64,000 bases of DNA from Octopus sinensis (GCF_006345805.1 NC_043005.1:64976001-65040000); one strand, 5' to 3'. Positions 43,145 to 56,089 are shown, counted from the stretch's first letter. Notes: a model not told the origin generated them from the letters alone. Program-made: numbers and translations.

Positions 43145-43270
43145 AATTTAATCTCTGAAGAGGCCGTGGGGCATCCTTGTTAATGCCTCATTTATACCTG
43201 CCTTTATGGCTTATAGGTTAAATGAGGTATGACTGCCCTCACTGCGAAACGCTGTCAGTTTTGATTTAAT
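43145..43270 (+). ncRNA. Type I hammerhead ribozyme-like motif
   Basis: CTGAAGA 43155-43161, long stem II, GAAA 43246-43249, stem III AC-gct-GT, predicted cleavage after GTC (C43256). Confidence 0.75.
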
Positions 43271-43448
43271 TGCATATATATTTGAAACTTTTTTACTTAT
43301 ATCTCTTTATCTTTACTATTACTGTATATCTCATTCTGTATAATGCCTTACTCATATATGTAATGGTGTATTAAAGTATGATTGGGTATCATCGGATAGT
43401 TGATGTTTTATTGATTTAAGTATGTTTCTCCATTCTCTAATTTTGTAG

Positions 43449-43484
<36 letters not shown>

Positions 43485-43604
43485 ATATATATATAAATAG
43501 ATGAGTGTATTTTACCTTGTTAACAATTAACACGGAAAAATAAATAAATAGTTACCAGGGCAGTAAAAATCTCACAAGTAAAGGTGTTAACTCCATTTTT
43601 TATT

Positions 43605-43633
<29 letters not shown>

Positions 43634-43635
<2 letters not shown>

Positions 43636-45430
43636 CCAAAACCATGGGAGAGATATTGCAGAAACAATATTGCTCTGTATTCAGCAATCCTGATATGACT
43701 GACCTGGGCTGTATCAGTGATGTTACTCCCCAATACACTTTATCGGACATAACATTTGGCGCTCCTGATGTCTTAGCAGCAATAAAGGAAATGAAGCATA
43801 ATTCAGCGGTAGGTCCCGATGGGTTCCCTGCTTGTGTCTTGAAGATGTGTCAAAACCAACTTGCACCCCCTCTAGCCAATCTGTGGCGGAACTCACTGGA
43901 TACTGGATATATACCAGAAGACCTTCTATCCCAGTCTGTTGTTCCAGTTTTCAAAAAAGGAAACAAATCGCTTGCTGTGAATTACCGTCCAATCTCACTC
44001 ACCTCTCATATCATCAAGGTATTTGAGAGAGTGCTGAGATCGCGTATGACTCACTTCCTTGAGAGTCATAATATGCTGAACCCCAACCAGCATGGATTCC
44101 GTAATGGGAGAGATTGCCTGACGCAGCTACTGCATCATTTTGATGACATTTTGAGAGCCCTGGGAGAAGGTTCCAACACTGATGTCATCTACCTTGATTT
44201 CAGCAAGGCCTTTGACAGGGTTGATCATAAGATCCTTCTGAGAAAGCTGTCCAATATTGGTGTCAGTGGAAAGCTGCTGCAGTGGATCAAGTGCTTCCTG
44301 TCTAACAGAACCCAACATGTTGTAGTCGAAGGAGTCAAATCCAGCCCAGCCAAAGTCAGCAGTGGTGTCCCACAAGGCACTGTGTTGGGCCCACTTCTCT
44401 TCATCATCTACATAAATGATATTACTGACACCATCAAACACAGTAACATCAGAACCTTCGCTGATGATTCCAAGCTCCAGAAGGTCATCAATGGCGTGGA
44501 TGACCGAATAAACCTTCATTCAGACCTACTGGCTGTTGTCCAATGGGCAGAAAAGAATAACATGTTGCTAAATGAAGACAAATTCGAACTGATCCACTTT
44601 CGAAGGGAGGACGCTCTGAAACTCCCATACTCTCTTCCTTCTGGAGAAATTCTCATGGCATCTAACAACATCAGAGACTTGGGAGTAACAGTGGACAACA
44701 ACATAAGCTGGGCTACACATATAAGCAGCAAAGTTGACATGGCCCGCAGAATGTGTTCCTGGATTCTCAGAACCTTCCAGTCGAGAGATTCCCACACTAT
44801 TATCCTTCTCTTCTCCACTTTTGCCCGACCCCACCTTGAATACTGCTGTCCACTGTGGTCTCCCTACACAAAACAAAATATTATGAGAATTGAAGCTCCC
44901 CAAAGGTCAATCACAAAAAAGATAGATGGCATGTCAGACCTTGACTACTGGGGTAGACTAGAGAAGCTGAAATTGTATTCACTCCAACGACGCCGTGAAC
45001 GCTACATTATCTGTATGATGTAGAAAATATTCCATCAGCACTGTCCGAATGATGTTGGCATCACCTTCAAAATACATCCAAGGCTTGGACCACGTGCCAT
45101 CCGTCCACAACAAAAATCTAAATCGCATCACATAACGACAATACGGCACAACTATTTCACCTCAATTGGACCCGCTCTCTTCAACATTACACCAGGACAC
45201 GTCAAAAAAGAAACTGACCACATAAAATTCAAGAAGTCTTTGGACAAATTCCTTCAAACAGTACCGGACAAACCACCCACACCCGGATATGTCTCCGCAA
45301 ACAATAACTCTCTGCTCGAATGGGCCTTGGTGCTCAAATCCTGAACTGAAAGACTTCGCCAGGTGGTGTTATTAAGTTAGACATGGCCTGGGCCAATACT
45401 GGCCAAAACCTTTCTAAGTTATTCTAAGTT
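43634..45430 (+). mobile_element. CR1-clade LINE, 5'-truncated; open RT ORF with one nonsense codon
   Basis: NYRPISLTS, QHGFR, YLDFSKAFDRV, SGVPQGTVLGPLLF, FADDSKL; TAG at 45021-45023, with the frame continuing to TGA 45342-45344; (ttctaagtt)x2 tail. Confidence 0.93.
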
Positions 45431-46353
45431 ATATATATATATGCATGGGGAGATAGATAGATAAATAGATAAATAGAGAGAGAGAGAGAGAAAGAGAGAG
45501 AGTTTTTTGAAGTTGGAGAATTTTATTTTATAGGTCGTTATATGAAAGTTCTTTTCTGTCGGGTGATCGGTTACTTGATGGATTACGAGAAGTAACCGAT
45601 CAAGATGTAGAAGAGGAATACTGCTGTGAGAACCAGTTGATTAAGAATCAAAAACACTTGAAGCTGATTGGACAAGAGGTTGTCACATTCCGCAATCAAT
45701 AGAATGTATTTGATAGCTCGCTTCGTTGATGACCAAATTAAGATAAACAATATACGAGCCAATTTATTCGAATAAAGTGATGCGTTATGTCTTGATGAAG
45801 GAGAAAAATCAAGGGAAAATGCAGGCAAAAACTATTTTGGAGTTCACTTAACAGTAAAATTAAAAAACAAGGGCAAATAAACAATTTTTTATAGGGTAAG
45901 GTGTAGAAATATAGAGAAAAAAATAGCGGCTGAAAGGTTTTGTAAGAAAAGAGATAGAGAGAAGACGGGAGATAATAGTGAGGCGTGAAACCTATTAAAA
46001 CGTTAAAGCTAAAAATATATCAGCAACGCAATTATACTTCGATGCATTTCGGTTAAAAAGAAGAAAAAGATAAAAAAAAAGAAAAAACAACGGGAGCGTG
46101 ATATATAGCTTTATATGTTTGTTAGATTAATTGTCAAGTGAGTTTTACTATAGTTTTTTTTTAAATTATTGCATTGTTTCACAAGTTCTCTTCTGTACGA
46201 TGCTCAATTACGTGAAGCGATTTGTGAATTTTTACTGCTTCAATAAAAACCTATATTTATTCAGGCTTTCATAATCGAGTGTTATTTTCTTAACCTTGTT
46301 TGGAACATAGGTGTTCACAGATACGTACAGATACTCCTACACATACACAGACA

Positions 46354-46395
<42 letters not shown>

Positions 46396-46399
46396 AACA

Positions 46400-46808
46400 T
46401 ATATGTGTGTGTGTGTGTGTGCACATATATATGTGTGTGTGTCTATGTGTATCTAATATAAAAAGATTAAGTGTAATATCCTGCGAGTTTCGAGTTCGAT
46501 GTTGTATGCTATAGAGGGTTTTGTATGAATGTATGTATATATGTATGCTTTCTGTTTTTTAACCATTTAAATTCTTTCTCTGAGGAAGGAACTGGTTTCT
46601 AACAAAGATACAAAGTTCCATCGTTAGAAATCAGACAACAAAAACAATATGACATTTTTAACCTGAGAAAAGTGCGTATGTATGTATGTATGTATGTATG
46701 TATGTTCTCTTGATTTTTATTTTATTTTATTTATAATATATTTCGATCGACCACCTGCTTTGTACCAAGGTTGTGAAGGAAGCATGTTGTCTTTATCTTA
46801 ATTTATAT

Positions 46809-46839
<31 letters not shown>

Positions 46840-47500
46840 CAAATCAAGAAGTGGTGTGGGATACAAATACAGACACAAAGTCATACATACGGGTATCTTT
46901 CAGTTTCCGTCCACCGAATTCGCTCCCAGGGCTTTGTTTAGCCCGGTTCTATATAGGGTGGTTGAGCAGCAAACTTCCAGCCACGGACTTATCCATACAC
47001 ACACATGCTCACTTACATATACATATACGCATACACGCTCATACATACAGACTCATATTCATATATATTATATAAGACGATGCATGTACACACACATACA
47101 TGTGTGTGTGTGTGTGTGTGCACATATATATGTGTGTGTGTCTATGTGTATCTAATATAAAAAGATTAAGTGTAATATCCTGCGAGTTTCGAGTTCGATG
47201 TTGTATGCTATAGAGGGTTTTGTATGAATGTATGTATATATGTATGCTTTCTGTTTTTTAACCATTTAAATTCTTTCTCTGAGGAAGGAACTGGTTTCTA
47301 ACAAAGATACAAAGTTCCATCGTTAGAAATCAGACAACAAAAACAATATGACATTTTTAACCTGAGAAAAGTGCGTATGTATGTATGTATGTATGTATGT
47401 ATGTTCTCTTGATTTTTATTTTATTTTATTTATAATATATTTCGATCGACCACCTGCTTTGTACCAAGGTTGTGAAGGAAAGCATGTTGTCTTTATCTTA

Positions 47501-47536
<36 letters not shown>

Positions 47537-47791
47537 AATCAAGAAGTGGTGTGGGATACAAATACAGACACAAAGTCATACATACGGGTATCTTTCAGTT
47601 TCCGTCCACCGAATTCGCTCCCAGGGCTTTGTTTAGCCCGGTTCTATATAGGGTGGTTGAGCAGCAAACTTCCAGCCACGGACTTATCCATACACACACA
47701 TGCTCACTTACATATACATATACGCATACACGCTCATACATACAGACTCATATTCATATATATTATATAAGACGATGCATGTACACACACA

Positions 47792-47828
<37 letters not shown>
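46400..47828. repeat. Tandem duplication of a ~700-bp unit bounded by (TG)n
   Basis: ~46400-47097 is repeated at ~47098-47828 and differs mostly in microsatellite length; each unit includes a minus-strand SINE A fragment. Confidence 0.92.
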
Positions 47829-47831
<3 letters not shown>

Positions 47832-48165
47832 GTGAACGCTATTTTGAAAATAAAAAGGTGTAATATGGAATTTCGTATATATTTATATACGGTTTTGAAT
47901 TTATTAAGGCAAATATTATTTACGATAAAAATTTGCACAACAACCTCTGAGTAAAACCTCTCACAGCAGTTCACCTGCATTCAGCATCTCTGATTGTCAC
48001 CGTTTGTTGATTTAGCTTCCCCCTGCCAGCGAGACCGATGTGAAAGCTTATTGCATTTGAATATATGTAAGTTAAAACTACTCAAATCATTAAGGAAGCA
48101 GAATGAACTTTCACATACAAAAGACAAACACAACTAAGTAAAAACGCTATTACATGAAGGGAATA

Positions 48166-48728
48166 TCTGTATCTATAAAAGGCAGGATGTGTGTGTGTGT
48201 GTGTGTATGTGTGCAGGTGAATGTAATTTATGCACGTCCACAAATTAGCACGCATGTCGCTCCAATTTTAGGAGGACATTTGTTACCATCCTACTTGGGT
48301 TTTGTTAACTTATTTTTTTCTCGAGGCACCTGGGGATAGCGGTAAAAATCTATTTTCAACCATAGCTTTTACCAATTTTGAAGGTTGCTAACATGAGTCA
48401 AGTCCCTTCTAGCCATAGCCAGGCGAAAGTGTGTGTGTGTGAGAGAGAGAGAAGTTGTGTATTGATGTATGTGTGTGTGTATGTGTGTGTGAGGGAGAGA
48501 GAGTGTTTCACAACGTCTAACAAAAAAGTAAAGAAAAAGTATGTGTAAGGGAGAGTGGGAGAGAGTTTGACAGCGTCTAACAAAAAAAAACAAGGTAAAG
48601 AAAAGTGGGAGAAGCAGAGTGTTTGACAGCGTCTAACAAAAAAAAAAGGTAAAGACAAAGTGAGAGAGAAAAAGGGAGAGCTTAATAATCGTAACTTAAT
48701 CCCGGGCAAAGCCGGGTTATACTGCTAG
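48166..48728 (+). mobile_element. Short non-autonomous Helitron, both termini present
   Basis: A|TCTGTATCTATAAAAGGCAGGATGTGTG start; internal ~60-bp repeat x3 (cgtctaacaaaaaa); hairpin cccgggcaaagccggg followed by CTAG|T. Confidence 0.8.
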
Positions 48729-49429
48729 TTCAAAATATTTTATCAAACGTTATGGAACAAATGCAAAAAAAAAAAAAATGAGCAGAAAAAATTCCAGCTC
48801 GTGTCGAATGATCTAAAAAGGAAATTTTATAAATTGGAACAAATTCAACAGCTTGATATGCTAAGCAATCTGTTTTCAGCGACATAACGCCTAAGATATA
48901 GAACGTCTCATTAAATAGTATAGTCATTTGCAGAGGAGTGCCAGACATCATGTCTTGTTCTTCTACACTAAATTGATTTCAACTGTCAGATTTATCTTTC
49001 CTCCAAATCCAAAATTGGGCAACGATATCTCCTCAGGAGTAGTTAAATGCAATTTCTTGAAAAGGTCGATTTCGTGTCTAAATAATTATTGATTTCTGAA
49101 GGAAACTGTTATCGTTAAAAAGATGTAGTTTGGTTTGAAACTAAATAACAACTTGTCTCTTTTTTTATGTCTATCCCTTAGGGCATCTGTTGCTTAAGGC
49201 TATCAGCAGTTTTCATTTTAAAGGTGCGGCATAATACAGAATGTAACTAACGTGTAGTTTTCGATCACTGCTTATCGGTACGTGAAGATTAATTCTATTT
49301 GCATTCTAATACTATGACAAACGGTGTGGATACTCTCCATGTCATTTCGAATACAAACACCTAAAAACACAGACCTCAGAAAACATCAAACTATTCAGCT
49401 TCTTGCATTTATTGTTTACTTCAAGTATA

Positions 49430-50340
49430 AGAAATAAGTGTTTAGCTATAATTCTGTAGATAATGCTGGTAGCGTGGGTTCCATCTCGTCATTCTATAGA
49501 GAGTTGGTAGAGGCCAAATGTGATGACGCCCTGGGAGAAACCCTGGGCGTCGACGATTGTCTACTGGCCAGCCTGTTCCAAAGGACATTCGGGCTGGGAC
49601 CCTTGAACAACTTTCAGACGTCCTTAGCCTGGCAATGTTACCGAGGAGCCTTACCAGTTCAAGATAAACTCGCAAGGCATGGTTCCTCATGCTCACCCAA
49701 CTACCCAAGATGTGGGCGAGATAGTGAAACTGTCCCGCACGCATTTGTGCGGTGTTCGGGGATTGCAGAGCTGTGGGTTTATGTCAAACGACTGCTGTCA
49801 CGTCTGGGAAGAGTACAGCTGTTGTCCCAGTCAGTTATAAAGATTTTCCACCCCCATTCTCTGAAGAGAGAAGGTAAGTTTTATTTCCTCGTAGTGGTCG
49901 CTATAGCGATAGGGGCTATATAGAGGACACGAATGAAAGGATTGGTGTCAGGTATCTTCATCTTTGATCAATGATTGTTAAACTTATTCTTAATTTCCTT
50001 CTACGAAGGATAATAAGGCTAGAGAGGAGGTACCTATCATCGGATACGTATGGTAAAAGATGGAAGCAAGTGGTATACATGCTGAGAATGAAAGGCCCTG
50101 CGTGAGTGTAAACCATGAAAGGTAAGCCAAAAAGTCCAGTGGAGGAACGTGTCTTGCGGGGTCGTACCCCCGCCCCCATTTCATTGTATTGTTGTATTGT
50201 TTGTGTTTTATTCGTTTTATTATAAATTTTTAATTGTTCATTTCTATGTATTTCCATACGCTTCCTGACACCGTGTTCATTTCGTATCGTCCCCTCTATG
50301 TTTGACCCTTGTGGCTTGAATAAAATCCTTATTATTATTC
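49430..50340 (+). mobile_element. L1/Tx1-clade LINE 3' fragment
   Basis: zf-RVT-like WQCYRGALPVQDKL...PRCGRDSETVPHAFVRC; T-rich 3' UTR ending aataaaatccttattattattc. Confidence 0.8.
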
Positions 50341-50381
50341 TGTAGTTGTTAAGCTTCCTGCAATATATTACAGGCAAGTAA

Positions 50382-50597
50382 GGCGACGAGCTGACAGAAT
50401 CGTTAGAACGCGAGGAAAATGCTTAGCGGCATTTCGTCCATATTTATATTTTAAGTTCAAATTTCGCCGAGGCCGACTTTGCGTTTAGTCCTTTCGGAGT
50501 CGATAAATTAAATACAAGTTGAGCACTGCAGTCAATGTGATCGACTAACCCCATCCCTTAAATTACTGGCTTTGTGTTAAAATTTGAAAGGAATATA
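50382..50597 (+). mobile_element. SINE family B
   Basis: Head ggcgacgagctgacagaatcg and core. Confidence 0.8.
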
Positions 50598-51367
50598 TCA
50601 CAGGAAATTAGTATATTATGTCTCCTACAAATGTTCAACTTCAGCTTACAATTATCAAAGAAGGTTATGGATTATATATCATCTCTTTTTTTCTTTCGTA
50701 TGAACATTGGCATTACGAAGAACTTTCTAATATTCCATAATATTAAATACGACTGGCATGAATTGATAACGAATTCTTTATAAACGAAATATATATACAA
50801 GTGGACATGAAATACAAGTGGATGATGGATTATATTCAAATATCATTTAATTGCTTCTATTCATGAAAAAGCTGCTTTTAGATGTCATTCACAATGTTTC
50901 GATTCTCAATATAAACTGTTTTATTTTTTATTTATTGAAACATTTGAAATTTTTACAATACAGCTCAATAGATAAGATAAGTAGATAAGTCGACATGAAA
51001 CGAAAGTCTTACGAGATATCAGACAGTATTCAATAATCCCAATCTTAATAATTAACCAATCCGTCTGTTTAGCACAACCATTGTATTTTGTATATTTGTA
51101 AGACTTTGTAATAAAAAGCGATTTAGTCTTAAGCGGTAACTGTTGTTGATATATCAAGAAAAGATTACTTTATTAATGCAAAGCACCGGTCAAGAATTGG
51201 AAGCTTTAAAATATTGCCACTGAAGTTGGAACCTGAATTTGAGTAATTTAAAAAAAATTGGTGGAGGTAGATTTCAAATGGAAAAAGAAGGTAGAGAAAA
51301 TATTATAGGAAAGACGAGTGTACACATGAGCAGCATGTTGGTAATGTTAAATTTTCAGGGGCCACAA

Positions 51368-51960
51368 GGCAGCGAGCTGGCAGAAACGTTAGCACGCCGG
51401 GCGAAATGCGATGCCGTATTTCGTCTGCCGTTACGTTTTGAGTTCAAATTCCACCGAGGTTGACTTTGCCTTTCATCCTTTCGGGGTCAATTAAATAAGT
51501 ACCAGTTAGGCACTAAGTCGATATAATCGACTTAATCCCTTTGTCTGTCCTCGTTTGTCACTTCTGTGTTTAGCCCCTTGTGGGTAGTAAAGAAATAGGT
51601 ATTTCGTCTGCCGTTACGTTCTGAGTTCAAATTCCGCCGAGGTCGACTTTGCCTTTCATCTTTTGGGGTCAATAAATTAAGTACCAGTTACGCACTGGAG
51701 TCGATGTAATCGACTTAATACCTTTGTCTGTCCTTGTTTGTCCCCTCTACGTTTAGCCCCTTGTGGGTAGTAAAAAATAGGTATTTCGTCTGCCGTTACG
51801 TTCTGAGTTCAAATTCCGCCGAGGTCGACTTTGCCTTTCATCCTTTTGGGGTCGATAAATTAAGTACCAGTTATGCACTGGAGTCGATGTAATCGACTTA
51901 ATACCTTTGTCTGTCCTTGTTTGCCCCCTCTATGTTTAGCCCCGTGTGGGCAATAAGAAA
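51368..51960 (+). mobile_element. SINE family B trimer
   Basis: One head; body units restart at 51598 and 51780 (182-bp period). Confidence 0.92.
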
Positions 51961-53619
51961 AATTGCAGAATCATTGTCTTTCTACCACAGCACCCTCACT
52001 TGTGCATGTCTTATTGAGATTATACCCAATGGTGTATGGTGGATCTGAGGAAGATAAATTAAGTGTAAAGAAGTTTGATGGTCAAGCTTTATAGAAGACA
52101 TTGGCGGTAAGAAGGTTTTGTATTTCATGAGTCTAAAGATGTTCGGTATTAAGAATTTCATGGGTTAAGATTCCAAATTGTATTTAATGAAGATTAATTT
52201 TCATTTTCAGTGGGAGAAGGTAAACCTCATAAAAATAAACACTCTGCGTATATCTTATTTCTAAGCTGACAGAATATTACTGCTTGTTACTAAGCAAATT
52301 AAAGTGCATTTTAATCTCTCTTTCCCACCACTAGGTGTATAACTAAATATCAGTTCAGCTATAGCTGGAAAATCATGAGAGGAAACTCAACGAACAGTTT
52401 GAAATTTAAATAGACAAGCTACACCTCCGTCATAAACGAGTATTTCAACCTCTTTCTCATCATTTACCGTAGTTTATAAGGAAGATTTTTTGTAGAATTT
52501 TTTTTTTCATACAGCGATATAGATTCCATAAAGGGGTATATTTTCTCATTTGTATAACGCTAAAAACAATATATTATCACAATCTCAATTTCAATTTCAA
52601 ATGTAATATTTAAAGGCTCCCACTTCTTGTGCTTTACTTTTCCTGATTCAATTAATCGCATTTTTACTGGAAAAAAAACGAATCTTTTATCTTACAAACT
52701 CACATTAGCTTACAGTTTTGGACTGTGTTTTCGTGTTGGATTCTAGAAAAGTTTCGAAACCTTTAAAACTTGCCCAACACTATAGGAAAGAAAACAGCAT
52801 TGTACTTTATTTGCTTTCTAATTAATAAAGAAGGGAATTTTAATTACTATTTCGTTGTCTTTTTATAATCCAGTATATAACTAGCTGAACATTTCGAAAT
52901 TTAAATAGACAAGCTACATCTCCATCATGTACGAGTATTTCAACCTCCTACCCATCATTCACCGTATCTTATTTCATAAGGATGGGCAGGAACGGGAACA
53001 ACTGCACTAATGCATTTCTTATTTCTCTTGGGCGGTTGGAGATGTGGGGAGTTTGTGATTTAAAGAAAGCATAAATTGGTAAAAAATTATCTTTCAGAGA
53101 TTTGTAGCTTGCCAACCGACCACATTGAAGCCTCTCTCTTTCCTTCTGCTTGTTCAATGGGCATAGGGAAATCATCTGGTGTGTTGGTATCTCGAAAGCT
53201 GATGTGGGGATAGGAGAGATTTTTAAAAAGGAGAAATTTTGAATTTCTATTTATTTTTTTTCAAAATCATTTTCTCTGTATCAGTTCCGACGCAATTTTG
53301 AGAAATTGTGATTTACATTTTTCTGAAATAAGAGGGATAGGATGATTTAAGAACGAATTTAGACCTTATTCGCTTTTCGTTGTAATCATCTTTTACTCCA
53401 TAAGTTTTTTTCACATTGCACAAATTTTGGTGCGATTTATAGAGTTTAATATCTCTCATTTCGACCTACTAATTAAGTCTAACTATAGTAAATTGTTTAT
53501 TTAAAATAACAGGGATATGATGATTGGAGATGATATTGGGTGTTACTTCCTTTCGAATTTGTATAGTCCCAAAGATGTATGTTCTGCAGCACAGATGTGC
53601 TTATCGTAATATACTTACC

Positions 53620-54045
53620 GAATCAGGTTCCTTTCACTGTGGTCTTTTAGTGCACAGCTGGTATTTATTTTATTGTGGTCGACCCCAGTGCACAGCTGGT
53701 ACTTATTTTATCGACCCCAAAAGAAGGAAAGATAAAGTCGACCTCGATGGAATTTGAACTCAGAACGTAAAGGCCGCTAAGCATTTTGGCAAGCATGCTA
53801 ACAAGTCTGCCAGCTCCGCGTCTTGACGAAAGTAAATACTGACTTCAAATTTTGGCACAAGGTCAGCAATTTCGGGGGAGAATGCAAGTCGATTACATTG
53901 ATTACATTGTTCAACTGTTATTTATTTTATCGGTCTCGAAAGACTGAAAGGCAGAGTGAACCTCGGTGGTATTTGAACTCAGAACGTAAAGCGGACGAAA
54001 TGCTGCGAAATATTTTGCCCAGCGTGCTAACGGTTCTGCCAACTC
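53620..54045 (-). mobile_element. Two adjacent diverged SINE family B copies
   Basis: ggaatttgaactcagaacgtaaa and ggtatttgaactcagaacgtaaag cores, each with its own head. Confidence 0.7.
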
Positions 54046-54325
54046 GCTTTATCGACAGTAAATATTAGTGCTGTATGCGAATAGTCGAAAATAACTCAAT
54101 TGAGATCCAGGTTTCGGTATTGAAATATTTTCTGCTATTTTATTTTCTTGAAATCATTACAATTTGAAGTGTATATACTGCATCATTAGGGAGGATGATA
54201 GAAGAGGAGGATTTTTTTACAGCTACACACATGTATACGCACATACACGCTTACATCATTATGACAAGCTTACCGCAGCATTGATTTTTTGGTGATTTTA
54301 TTATTTTATATTCCAAACTATTTAT

Positions 54326-54698
54326 ATCTTTTACTCTTTTACTTGTTGCAGTCATCTGACTGTGGCCATGCTGGAGCACCGCCTTTAATCGAGCAGATCG
54401 ACCCCATGACTTATTCTTTGTAAGCCTAGTACTTATTCTATCGGTCTCTTTTGCCGAACCGCTAAGTTACGGGGACGTAAAGAACACCAGCATCGGTTGT
54501 CAAGTCATACAAACACACACACACACAAACACATATATATATATATATTTACGACGGGCTTCTTTCAGTTTCCGTCTACTAAATCCACTTTGGTTGGCCC
54601 AAGGCTATAGTAGAAGACACTTACCCAAGGTGCCATGCGGTGAGACTGAACCCGGAACCATATGGTTCGTAAGCATGCTACTTACCACACAGCCAGTT
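54326..54698 (-). mobile_element. SINE family A, near full length
   Basis: Reverse complement of the canonical family A sequence. Confidence 0.9.
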
Positions 54699-56013
54699 CT
54701 ATCTTAAATATACCTTCAATTGTTTATCTGTTGAGCTCCCTCCTTGGAGACACAAATTCACAGTTTTCATGTGCACTGTCCAATGGAACCCATTTCTAAG
54801 TAAATTAACCAGACACTTCCAGTATATTGCTGCATCTCAGTAGAGGTTATAAGATACAGTATACTTAACCCCTCTCTTGATTACTCGGTACTATTTATAC
54901 TCTACCTACCTCAGAGGTGTTTTGTCATCATAGGGGATATAGGCAGTCTTCACAAAAGTCTGCTAAAATCCCAATAGCACGATTTAAGTATCCAATTTGC
55001 ATCTCTTAGTTTTGAACTTCAATCAAGAAGTTGGTATCGATCTTAAAATACTTCTGAGGCAGAAGACAAATTAAATATCTGTAATCAAGTATTGAAACTT
55101 ACCTTTCGTTTATAAAGTAAAGGAATTGATTAGTATAAGAGTCATCATATTGATCTTAATCATCCTATCGGCAGACTATTTTTCTCGAATCATTTGGAGT
55201 AAATGCATTTTGACAAATAATTATGTAAATACTTAGAGTTAAAATAAAATTCTTCAAAATGAGAAGCACCAAAATTGTGTATAAAACGAAATACCATTTT
55301 CCCACAAGCAGTGCACCGGATCCTGTCTAAAAATACATTTTTCCTACAAACCTAACTGCAATTAGATCCTGCCTAAAAATTTACCAATACCTCGTGGAAG
55401 TTTGAAAAATAACTTTTCAAATCCTTATATTTGTACCTAAAATACGAGTTACATAGAAAGAGATAATGCTGCCAACCGCTTAATTCTGCTAATAAAAGGT
55501 TTCAACAAGACATAACATAATTCTTGTGTACCAACTAGTGATTTACGATTAGTGGAATAATCCTCACCATACATTATCAGTTACAATAAATATATCAACA
55601 TTAATCGATGCGATTGAGAGATTTCTGGATATTCAATGCTTTCTTCAATTAGCATTACAAGTTTATCACAGATTATTTTTTGATCGCCGCTATTGATTGC
55701 ACAAAACAATTTCGTTCTCTTTTGACGTTAACTCAACACGTTTCATTGTTATCATTAAATCAATGAGCAAAGAATACTAAAGACATTCTTATTGTTCAGT
55801 CAGCACGATCTCTACAAATTCTCGATGATTATCGTATTCAGTGATTATCCTTAACACAAACAGATAAATTCAGGCACGAATCGCCTTCGCAGATTCGATA
55901 TATCATTTCCAGTAAACAATTGGTGACAATAGCAGATATTTTCTGGTAACTAACACGAGAAATGCATATAGACATTAAAAGATTATTAAAAAGCATTATA
56001 AATCATTATGGAG

Positions 56014-56089
<76 letters not shown>

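Larger units (their letters stand above)
42048..43451. mobile_element. ~390-bp inverted repeat pair (42048-~42439 and ~43065-43451), probable Penelope-like pLTRs
   Basis: The arms are near-identical reverse complements and each contains a hammerhead-like core; the spacer is ~625 bp. Confidence 0.8.

Noticed and set aside
54715-54965. Two putative small minus-strand exons (QTFVKTAYIPYDDKTPL; AAIYWKCLVNLL...)
   Set aside because: The splice phases are incompatible and no protein family was recognised.
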